From Cupriavidus necator (GTDB lineage: Bacteria; Pseudomonadota; Gammaproteobacteria; Burkholderiales; Burkholderiaceae): a DNA stretch of 32,000 bases. The stretch lies in contig NZ_CP066018.1 of the NCBI RefSeq assembly GCF_016127575.1, forward strand, positions 330,001 to 362,000, written 5' to 3'. Under the pieces are notes generated by a model that searched no databases, was not told the origin of the DNA, and was given only the letters and a program-made list of their open reading frames with translations. The position numbers and the translations under genes were made by a program. This document shows positions 18,738-26,342 of the stretch, piece after piece; position 1 is the stretch's first letter; every line of letters starts with the position of its first letter.

Positions 18738-19181
18738 TTAAGCGGGGCGGCGGCCGTACATGCCCATGCCCTTGACGGTGCAGACCAGTTCGCCGCGCTG
18801 GTTGGTGGCTTCCCACTGGGTGTGGACCACGCCGCGGTCCGGCTTGGACTGCGACGGCCGGGTATCGAGCACATTCAGCACGACGGTGAGCGTGTCGCCG
18901 GCGTAGACGGGCTTGAGCCAGCGGATCTCGTCCACGCCAGGCGAGCCCATGCTGGCCGACTTGCCGGTGGTGCTCAGCACCAGCAGCCGCATCATGATCG
19001 AGCACGTCATCCAGCCGCTCGAGATCACGCCGCCATAGATGCTCCTGGCAGCGGCTTCCTTGTCGATATGGAACGGCTGCGGATCGTACTGGCGGGCAAA
19101 GGCCAGGATCTCTTCCTCGGTGACGAGGTACGAACCCAGTTCGCGGCGGCTGCCGACTTCAAAGTCCTCGAAATACAGCAT
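18738..19181 (-). CDS. MaoC-like dehydratase/hydratase, single hotdog fold
   Basis: 147 aa from [10 protein letters not shown]...; motif [17 protein letters not shown]...[10 protein letters not shown] retains Asp/His. Alternative ATG at 19211 adds 10 aa. Confidence 0.82.
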   Translation of the reverse strand: MLYFEDFEVGSRRELGSYLVTEEEILAFARQYDPQPFHIDKEAAARSIYGGVISSGWMTCSIMMRLLVLSTTGKSASMGSPGVDEIRWLKPVYAGDTLTVVLNVLDTRPSQSKPDRGVVHTQWEATNQRGELVCTVKGMGMYGRRPA

Positions 19182-19294
19182 CGGTTGTCTCTCTGTAGTG
19201 ATTGGCGCCATGGCACCAAGTTTGCTCAGGCAATGATCGCATGGCCGCCGGGGGCCGGCGTCCGTATTTGCCGAACCCGCCCCTAACGGTCCCC

Positions 19295-19331
19295 AAAGAA
19301 AAAAACCGCGCCTGGACTACAGCGCGGTTTT
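19295..19331 (-). terminator. intrinsic terminator (bidirectional-looking) after the 372-aa ACAD gene
   Basis: AACCGCGC-ctggactaca-GCGCGGTT (19304-19329). The plus strand has an A-run on the left (a T-run on the minus strand) and TTTT on the right. The hairpin begins 19 nt past the ACAD stop at 19348. Confidence 0.75.
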
Positions 19332-19347
19332 GATTGGACTGGCAGGA

Positions 19348-20466
19348 TCAGGCAGCTTCCTGGAACCCCGGCTGGGCGGCGAACCTGCCCAGGTGGTGAT
19401 CCACGTCGCCGAAGGTGGTGTTGATCAGCGTCAGCCGCTTGAACATGTGCGCGGCCGGCAGTTCGTTGGTCACGCCCATGCCGCCGTGGATCTGCACTGC
19501 CTCCTGGCCAACCGTGCGCGCTGCCTGCCCCACGCGCGCCTTGGCGGCGGAGACATAGCGGCGGCGCTCTTCCGGCGTTACTTCTTCGAAGCGTGCCGCG
19601 GCCAGCAGCGTGATCGAGCGCGACTGCTCGGCGTGGATGAACATCTCCACCATGCGGTGCTGCAGCGCCTGGAAGCGCGCGATCGGCACGCCGAACTGCT
19701 GGCGCGTCTTGGCGTATTCCAGCGTGGCGGCATTGAGCGTATCCATCACGCCCACGGCCTCGGCGCACAGCAGCACGGCAGCGTAGTCGGCCACTTGCTC
19801 GATCACCGGGAAGGCCTTGCCGGCTTCGCCCAGCAGTTGCGCGGGGGCATCCTGGAAGGTGATGTCGGCCGCGCGCAGGTTGTCGATGGTGCGGTAGTCC
19901 TTGATGCTGACGCCGGCGCCCCTGGCATCCACCAGGAACAGCGAGATGCCGTCCTGGTCGGCTTCGGCACCGCTGCTGCGGGCCGACACGATCAGCTTGT
20001 CGGCCTGGCCGCCGTGCAGCACCACGGTCTTGCGGCCGTTGAGCTTGCCGTCGCGGGCGGTGACGCGCACGTTGTTCAGTTCATAGCGCGCCTGCGGCTC
20101 GTTGAAGGCCACGGTCAGCTTCAGTTCGCCGCCGGCGACCTGTTCCAGCAGTGCATCCTGGCCACCGGCCAGGCCCAGGGCGTAGGCGCCCACCACCGTG
20201 GCCAGGTACGGCTCCACGATCAGGCCTCGGCCCAGCTCCTGCTGCACCACCATCATGTCCAGGGCCTTGCCCGCGAAACCGCCCTGCGCTTCCGGCACCG
20301 GCAGCGCGGTCAGGCCAAGCTCGACCAGCGAGCCCCAGGCGGCGTCGCCATAGCCGGCGGCGCTTTCGTAGTTCTGCTTGCGGGACTCGAAGCCGTAGTC
20401 CTTGTCGATGAAACGGCGGACGGCGTCGGCCAGCTGCTTCTGTTCGTCGCTGAGATTGAAGTTCAT
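19348..20466 (-). CDS. acyl-CoA dehydrogenase family protein (possibly a non-catalytic partner subunit)
   Basis: 372 aa. ACAD C-terminal pattern QIHGGMGVTNELPAAHMFKRL. The MCAD IYEGT position reads NTTFGD, so there is no Glu. GAGGAG SD. 13-nt gap to the upstream ACAD. Confidence 0.88.
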   Translation of the reverse strand: MNFNLSDEQKQLADAVRRFIDKDYGFESRKQNYESAAGYGDAAWGSLVELGLTALPVPEAQGGFAGKALDMMVVQQELGRGLIVEPYLATVVGAYALGLAGGQDALLEQVAGGELKLTVAFNEPQARYELNNVRVTARDGKLNGRKTVVLHGGQADKLIVSARSSGAEADQDGISLFLVDARGAGVSIKDYRTIDNLRAADITFQDAPAQLLGEAGKAFPVIEQVADYAAVLLCAEAVGVMDTLNAATLEYAKTRQQFGVPIARFQALQHRMVEMFIHAEQSRSITLLAAARFEEVTPEERRRYVSAAKARVGQAARTVGQEAVQIHGGMGVTNELPAAHMFKRLTLINTTFGDVDHHLGRFAAQPGFQEAA

Positions 20467-20479
20467 GTTGCGTGTCTCC

Positions 20480-21682
20480 TCACAGCCCCAGAATCATCTG
20501 GCTGATGATGTTCTTCTGAATTTCGTTGGACCCGCCATAGATGGAGGTCTTGCGATAGTTGAAGTAGTACGCGGCCAGCGGCGCGGCGTCGTCGTAGCCG
20601 GTCACGGCGTGCTCGGTCTCGCACTCCAGGTAGGCGGTGTCGAACGGCTGCGCGTACGGGCCGACGGCCTCGACCATCAGCTCGGTCAGCAGCTGCTGGA
20701 TCTCGGTGCCCTTGATCTTGAGCATCGAGGCCTCGGGGCCGGGGCCCTTGCCTGCCGCTTCGCTCGAGACCACGCGCAGCACGGTGATTTCCAGCGCCAT
20801 CAGCTCGATTTCCAGCGCGGCCACCTTGGCGCCGAACACCGGGTCTTCCAGCAGCGGCTTGCCGTTCTTCTGCTGCTGGCGCGCCACGCGCTTGAGGAAG
20901 CCCAGCTCGCGCTTGGAGTTGCCCACGCGGGCGATCCCGGTGCGCTCGTGGCCCAGCAGGTACTTGGCGTAGGTCCAGCCCTTGTTCTCTTCGCCGACGC
21001 GGTTCTCGACCGGCACCTCGACGTTGTCGAAGAAGACTTCGTTCACCTCATGCTCTTCGTCGAGCATGATGATCGGGCGCACGGTGATGCCCGGGGTCTT
21101 CATGTCGATCAGCAGGAACGAGATGCCCTCCTGCTTCTTGGCTTCGGGGTCGGTGCGCACCAGGCAGAAGATCATGTCGGCGTGCTGGCCGAGCGTGGTC
21201 CAGGTCTTCTGGCCGTTGACGATGTAGTGCTTGCCGTCCGAAGTCAGCTCGGCACGGGTCTTCAGCGAGGCCAGGTCCGAGCCCGAGCCCGGCTCCGAAT
21301 AGCCCTGGCACCACCAGTCGGTGCAGTCCAGGATGCGCGGCAGGTAGTACGACTTTTGCTCTTCGCTGCCGTACTTCATGATCACCGGCGCGACCATCGC
21401 CACACCGAACGGCAGCACGCCGGGCGCGCCGACGCGGGCGTTCTCTTCATCCCAGATATGGCGCTGGGTGGCGTTCCAGCCGGTGCCGCCGTACTGGACG
21501 GGCCAGTGCGGTGCCGACCAGCCCTTGCCGGCCAGGGTCTTGTGCCAGCGCACCAGGTCGTCGCGGTTCGGACGGCGGTGGTTGAGAATCTTGCTGCGGA
21601 TGTCCGCCGGCAAGTTGGCTTCGAGCCAGCTACGCACTTCCTCGCGGAAGGCGTTGTCGGACGCCGAGTAGTTGAGATCCAT
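20480..21682 (-). CDS. acyl-CoA dehydrogenase (LCAD/IVD-like catalytic-base arrangement)
   Basis: 400 aa. QGYSEPGSGSD, NGQKTWTT and IYGGSNEIQKNII motifs, with a GHERTG Glu at about the helix-G position. GGAG SD. Confidence 0.9.
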   Translation of the reverse strand: MDLNYSASDNAFREEVRSWLEANLPADIRSKILNHRRPNRDDLVRWHKTLAGKGWSAPHWPVQYGGTGWNATQRHIWDEENARVGAPGVLPFGVAMVAPVIMKYGSEEQKSYYLPRILDCTDWWCQGYSEPGSGSDLASLKTRAELTSDGKHYIVNGQKTWTTLGQHADMIFCLVRTDPEAKKQEGISFLLIDMKTPGITVRPIIMLDEEHEVNEVFFDNVEVPVENRVGEENKGWTYAKYLLGHERTGIARVGNSKRELGFLKRVARQQQKNGKPLLEDPVFGAKVAALEIELMALEITVLRVVSSEAAGKGPGPEASMLKIKGTEIQQLLTELMVEAVGPYAQPFDTAYLECETEHAVTGYDDAAPLAAYYFNYRKTSIYGGSNEIQKNIISQMILGL

Positions 21683-21777
21683 GCCCGTCTCCAGTGGTGC
21701 CGGCTTGGCGTGGGGCCGCCGGCGGTTTGTTCTGCCTGCACGTCAAGCGCCGACAGCAAACGGGCACAAGACGCAAT

Positions 21778-22224
21778 TCAGTGAGCCGTCTGCTTCAGCG
21801 CATCCGGCACCACGAGCGGGAAAGTCTCGATGCCCTCTTCGGCCAGCGCCTGCACCTCCTCCGCCGAGGCCGAACCGCGAATGCCGCGTTCCGGCGCCTC
21901 GTCATAGTGCATGCGCCTTGCCTCTTCGGCAAAGCGATCGCCAACATCCTCGGTCTGTGCCAGCACCTGCTTCACTGCCTTCATATAGAGCGCTTGCAGT
22001 GTCTCCGGTGCGGCAGCCGGCTGCGCCGGCCTGGCGCTGCCTTCGCGCGCGGTCGCGCCCGACAGGTTCAGGCGCGGCGCGCTGGGCAGCCGCGTCACGG
22101 CGTGGTCGCCACAGACCGGGCATTGGACGAGGTCACGCGAGATTTGCGACTGCGCATCTTCTTCCGAGGCAAACCAGCCCTCGAAACCATGGTCATGCGC
22201 GCAGCGCAGGTCGAGCACCTTCAT
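21778..22224 (-). CDS. DUF1178 family zinc-ribbon protein
   Basis: 148 aa, MKVLDLRCAHDHGFEGWFASEEDAQSQISRDLVQCPVCGD... Matches my recollection of the DUF1178 N-terminal Cys/His pattern. Confidence 0.8.
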   Translation of the reverse strand: MKVLDLRCAHDHGFEGWFASEEDAQSQISRDLVQCPVCGDHAVTRLPSAPRLNLSGATAREGSARPAQPAAAPETLQALYMKAVKQVLAQTEDVGDRFAEEARRMHYDEAPERGIRGSASAEEVQALAEEGIETFPLVVPDALKQTAH

Positions 22225-22274
22225 GATCTTTCCAGCCCGTCAAAAGCTATATTATCCGCGAATCGAAATTTTGT

Positions 22275-22309
22275 GAACGGTCGTGCTAAATTTTTTAGAA
22301 CGACCGTTC
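22275..22309. repeat. perfect 10-bp inverted repeat GAACGGTCGT-N15-ACGACCGTTC with AT-rich spacer
   Basis: Seen directly in the unusually AT-rich 128-nt gap between the NUDIX stop and the DUF1178 start. On the minus strand it overlaps a candidate -35 (TTCACA), 15-17 nt from GATAAT/TAATAT. Confidence 0.6.
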
Positions 22310-22352
22310 GGGAACAACCGCATGGCGCAGAATCCACGCGGCTCACTACTCA

Positions 22353-22988
22353 CTATACGGCGTAATGCGGCAGCGGCTGTTCGCCCGGTTGCCAGGCACC
22401 CGAGATCACTTTTTCCAGCCAGAATGCGCCGATGATGGTCTTTACATCGGTGATGCGGCCGCTGCGGACCCAATCGATCACCTGCCCCACCGGCGTGATG
22501 AAGGTCTCGATGAACTCGCCGTCGTCGAGCTGCGCCTCGCCATGCGTCAGGTCGCGCGCCAGGAAGATGTCGATGAACTCGGTGGAATACGAGATAACCG
22601 GGTGGATGCGCGTCAGGTAGTCCCAGCGCGCCGCGCTGTAGCCGGTCTCCTCCAGCAGTTCGCGTTCGCCGCAGCGCTGCGCGCCCTCTTCCGGATCAAG
22701 CTTGCCGGCGGGGAATTCCAGCATCACTTCGCCGATCGGATAGCGGAACTGGCGCTCCATCAGCACGGTGCCGTCGCTGAACAGCGGGATCATCATCACC
22801 GCGCCCGGATGGACCACGTACTCGCGCCCGGTCTGCTTGCCGTCCGGCAGCCTGACGATATCTTGCTTGAGGGTGAGGAACTTGCCGCGATGGACCGTGG
22901 CCGAGGCGACGCACACTTCCTTCAGTGCGTCGTCGTTCCCGGCGGGTTCAGCGGTAGGCGGGGTGCCGCGTTGGATCTTGTCGGTCAT
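22353..22988 (-). CDS. NUDIX hydrolase (ADP-ribose pyrophosphatase-like)
   Basis: 211 aa. Complete Nudix box GKLDPEEGAQRCGERELLEETGY (GX5EX7REUXEEXGU). GGAG SD. Confidence 0.9.
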   Translation of the reverse strand: MTDKIQRGTPPTAEPAGNDDALKEVCVASATVHRGKFLTLKQDIVRLPDGKQTGREYVVHPGAVMMIPLFSDGTVLMERQFRYPIGEVMLEFPAGKLDPEEGAQRCGERELLEETGYSAARWDYLTRIHPVISYSTEFIDIFLARDLTHGEAQLDDGEFIETFITPVGQVIDWVRSGRITDVKTIIGAFWLEKVISGAWQPGEQPLPHYAV

Positions 22989-23032
22989 GGACGCTCCGGA
23001 TCAGGCAGGGCCCGGCGCCGACAAGACCGGCT

Positions 23033-23341
23033 TCAGGCCGTGCGGTGTTTGACGAGGTATTGCCAGGTGAAGCCCGGGAAGGCAAACACCAGCATCATGC
23101 ACGCGGTAATGGCATAAAACTGCCAGCCCTGCGGGAAGGCGTTGCCAAGGCTGGCCTCCACCGCAAAGCCGGCGGCGCCCGCCACCGCGAACCATACGAT
23201 CAGTTCCAGCAGGCGCAGCCACAGCGGCTTGCGCGCCCGCCGCAGCGGGATCAGCACGAACAGGCGCTGGTTCACAAACGGCAGGTTCGCACTGATCAGT
23301 GCCAGCAGGATGACAAACCAGCCGCTTGCGGATGCGCTCAT
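23033..23341 (-). CDS. DUF2818 family small membrane protein (3 predicted TM helices)
   Basis: 102 aa. Hydrophobic segments WFVILLALISANLPFV, LLELIVWFAVAGAAGFAV and FYAITACMMLVFAFPGF. Starts 13 nt after the nuoN stop. Confidence 0.8.
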   Translation of the reverse strand: MSASASGWFVILLALISANLPFVNQRLFVLIPLRRARKPLWLRLLELIVWFAVAGAAGFAVEASLGNAFPQGWQFYAITACMMLVFAFPGFTWQYLVKHRTA

Positions 23342-23354
23342 GGCGTGTGGCGGA

Positions 23355-24830
23355 TCAGGAACCCAGGGTCGAGCGGATGGCCTGGTAGCACAGGTTCATC
23401 AGCGCGGCCGGGAAAATACCCAGCAGGATCACCGCGGCGCCGTTCACGCTCAGCATCGAGCGCAGGCCAAAGGTTGCTTCCAGCTCTTCTTCAGCAGCGG
23501 GCGCATCGAAGTACATCAGCTTGACGATACGCAGGTAATAGAACGCGCCGATCAGCGAGAACAGCACGGCCACCACGGCCAGCCAGGTCATGCCCGACTT
23601 GACCACCGCATCCAGCACGGCCAGCTTGGCATAGAAGCCCACGGTCGGCGGAATGCCGGCCAGCGAGAACATCATCACCAGCATCAGGAACGCGAACCAC
23701 GGGTTGCGGCGCGACATGCCCCTCAGGTCTTCCAGGGTCTCGGCCTCGAAACCCTTGTTCGTGCGCAGCAGGATGATGCCGAAAGTGCCCAGCGTGGTCA
23801 GCAGGTAGGTCACCGAGTAGAACATCGCCGAGCTGTACGCATCGGCGGCGCCGTCAGCCTTGTTGGCGACCACGCCCGACAGCAGGCCCAGCAGCACGAA
23901 GCCCATGTGCGAGATGGTCGAGTACGCCAGCATCCGCTTCAGGTTGCTCTGCACGATGGCGGTCAGGTTGCCGATGGCCAGCGAGATGATCGACAGCACC
24001 ACCAGCATCATCTGCCAGTCATTGGCCAGCGGCAGCAGGCCTTCCACCAGCACGCGGATAAACAGCGCAAAAGCAGCAACCTTCGGGCCGCCGGCGATCA
24101 GCAGCGTCACCGCGGTCGGCGAACCCTGGTAGATGTCCGGGATCCACATGTGGAACGGCGCGGCACCCAGCTTGAACGACAGGCCGGCGACGATAAAGAC
24201 CACGCCAAAGGCCAGCATGGTGGTGTTGACGCGGCCCGACTCGACCACGCGGAACACTTCGCCCAGGTTCAGCGAACCGGTGGCGCCATACATCATCGAG
24301 ATGCCGTACAGCAGGAAGCCCGAAGCCAGCGCGCCCAGCACGAAGTACTTCATCGCCGATTCCGAGGTCACGCGCGATTCGCGGCGCAGTGCCACCAGTG
24401 CGTACGACGACAGCGACAGCAGCTCCAGGCCCAGGTACAGGGTCAGGAAGTTGTTGCCGGTGATCATCACGATCTGGCCGCCCAGCGTGAACAGCGCGAG
24501 CTGGTAGAACTCGCCGGCAAACATGTCGCGATCCGCCAGATAGCGGCGCGTGTAGACCAGTGTCACGAACAGGCCGGCAGAGCAGAACGCGGACAGCACG
24601 TTTGCCATCGGATCGATCACGACCAGGTTGGCGAACGCGTAGTGCGTCTCGCCGGCGGCGGCATTCAGGCCGAACCAGACGGTCAGCGCCAGCGTGGCCA
24701 GCAGCGACAGCGGATATGCCACGCTTTGCTTGCCCTTGCCACGTGCAAGGTCGATCCAGTTGACCGCGCCGATGGCGATCGCCAGGAAGATGATCGGCGC
24801 CACGGGGCCGAGTGTCGAGGACGTTTGCAT
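23355..24830 (-). CDS. nuoN: NADH-quinone oxidoreductase subunit N
   Basis: 491 aa polytopic antiporter-like subunit. Last nuo gene, after nuoM. Confidence 0.95.
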   Translation of the reverse strand: MQTSSTLGPVAPIIFLAIAIGAVNWIDLARGKGKQSVAYPLSLLATLALTVWFGLNAAAGETHYAFANLVVIDPMANVLSAFCSAGLFVTLVYTRRYLADRDMFAGEFYQLALFTLGGQIVMITGNNFLTLYLGLELLSLSSYALVALRRESRVTSESAMKYFVLGALASGFLLYGISMMYGATGSLNLGEVFRVVESGRVNTTMLAFGVVFIVAGLSFKLGAAPFHMWIPDIYQGSPTAVTLLIAGGPKVAAFALFIRVLVEGLLPLANDWQMMLVVLSIISLAIGNLTAIVQSNLKRMLAYSTISHMGFVLLGLLSGVVANKADGAADAYSSAMFYSVTYLLTTLGTFGIILLRTNKGFEAETLEDLRGMSRRNPWFAFLMLVMMFSLAGIPPTVGFYAKLAVLDAVVKSGMTWLAVVAVLFSLIGAFYYLRIVKLMYFDAPAAEEELEATFGLRSMLSVNGAAVILLGIFPAALMNLCYQAIRSTLGS

Positions 24831-24848
24831 GTTGATTTCTCTCCCCGA

Positions 24849-26315
24849 TTACAGCTTGGACTGTGCCGCGTGGGACAGCAGGTTCACCACGGACGCGTGC
24901 ATCACGTCGGTAAAGGGCTTCGGGTGCAGGCCCATGTACAGCGTCATGATGGCCAGCAGGCCGAGCATGACGAACTCACGCTTGTTCAGGTCGACCAGCT
25001 CGCGCACGTGCTGGTGGACGATGTCGCCGAAGATCACGCGCTTGACCATCCACAGCGAGTAGGCGGCGCCGAAGATCAGGGCGGTGGCGGCCAGCAGGCC
25101 GATCCAGAAGTCGAACTTGACCGCGCCCAGGATCACCATGAATTCGCCGACGAAGCCCGAGGTGGCCGGCAGGCCGCAGTTGGCCATCGCGAAGAACACT
25201 GCCAGCGCGGCGAACTTGGGCATGGTGTTGACCACGCCGCCGTAGTCGGCGATCTGGCGCGAGTGCACGCGGTCGTACAGCACGCCGATGCAAAGGAACA
25301 TCGCGCCGGAGATAAAGCCGTGCGAGATCATCTGCACGATGCCGCCTTCCACGCCGATGTCGCTGAAGATGAAGAAGCCCAGCGTGACGAAGCCCATGTG
25401 GGCGATCGACGAGTACGCCACCAGCTTCTTCATGTCGGCCTGCACCAGGGCCACCAGGCCGATGTAGATCACCGCGATCAGCGAGATGGTGATGATGAAC
25501 GGGGCCAGGTAGTGGCTGGCGTCAGGCGCGATCGGCAGCGAGAACCGCAGGAAACCGTAGGCGCCCAGCTTCAGCATGATGGCGGCCAGCACCACCGAAC
25601 CGCCGGTCGGCGCTTCCACGTGGGCGTCCGGCAGCCAGGTGTGTACCGGCCACATCGGCACCTTGACCGCGAAGGCGACGAAGAAGGCGATGAACAGCGC
25701 GATCTGCTCGTTCATCGACAGCTTGGCCTGGTGCCATTGCAGGATGTCGAAGGTACCGGTCTTGTTGTACAGGTACAGCAGCGCGATCAGCGTCAGCAGC
25801 GAGCCCGCCAGCGTGTACAGGAAGAACTTGAACGCGGCATAGACGCGGTTCGGGCCGCCCCAGACACCGATGATGATGTACATCGGGATCAGCGTGGCTT
25901 CGAAGAACACGTAGAACAGCATGCCGTCCAGCGTGCAGAACACGCCGACCATCAGGCCCGACAGGATCAGGAACGAGGCCATGTATTCGGCCACACGCTC
26001 GGTGATCACTTCCCAGGCCGAGATCACCACGATCACCGTGATGAAGGCGGTCAGCACCACGAACCACATCGAGATGCCGTCAACACCCAGCAGGTAGTTG
26101 ATATTGAAGCGTTCGATCCAGCTCGCCTTTTCGACGAACTGCATGGCCGCGCTGGCGCGGTCGAAGCCGAAGACCAGCGGCAGCGTGACGACAAAGCTGG
26201 CGATCGAGCCGAACAGCGACATCCACCGGACAAAGCCAGGGCTGCGGTCCGAGCCGAAGGCCAGGATCAGCAGGCCGAAAAAGACAGGCAGCCAGATTGA
26301 GAAAGACAGAACCAT
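24849..26315 (-). CDS. nuoM: NADH-quinone oxidoreductase subunit M
   Basis: 488 aa. Antiporter-like (VPMWPVHTWLPDAHVEAPT motif). Confidence 0.95.
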   Translation of the reverse strand: MVLSFSIWLPVFFGLLILAFGSDRSPGFVRWMSLFGSIASFVVTLPLVFGFDRASAAMQFVEKASWIERFNINYLLGVDGISMWFVVLTAFITVIVVISAWEVITERVAEYMASFLILSGLMVGVFCTLDGMLFYVFFEATLIPMYIIIGVWGGPNRVYAAFKFFLYTLAGSLLTLIALLYLYNKTGTFDILQWHQAKLSMNEQIALFIAFFVAFAVKVPMWPVHTWLPDAHVEAPTGGSVVLAAIMLKLGAYGFLRFSLPIAPDASHYLAPFIITISLIAVIYIGLVALVQADMKKLVAYSSIAHMGFVTLGFFIFSDIGVEGGIVQMISHGFISGAMFLCIGVLYDRVHSRQIADYGGVVNTMPKFAALAVFFAMANCGLPATSGFVGEFMVILGAVKFDFWIGLLAATALIFGAAYSLWMVKRVIFGDIVHQHVRELVDLNKREFVMLGLLAIMTLYMGLHPKPFTDVMHASVVNLLSHAAQSKL

Positions 26316-26342
26316 TTCTATGTTTTCCTTACTTGGTGCCTA

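Noticed and set aside
18229-19005. 258-aa ORF that would fuse the two MaoC genes into a double-hotdog protein
   Set aside because: The extra 100 N-terminal residues are in a different frame from the upstream hotdog gene and look non-protein-like. A GAGGAG SD plus ATG at 18705 gives a canonical 158-aa PhaJ-type protein.
23142-26300. 1052-aa plus-strand ORF across nuoN and nuoM
   Set aside because: It is antisense to two conserved complex I subunits and even crosses their intergenic gap. Its composition (runs of R, H, D, Q, G) is not protein-like. This is a GC artefact.
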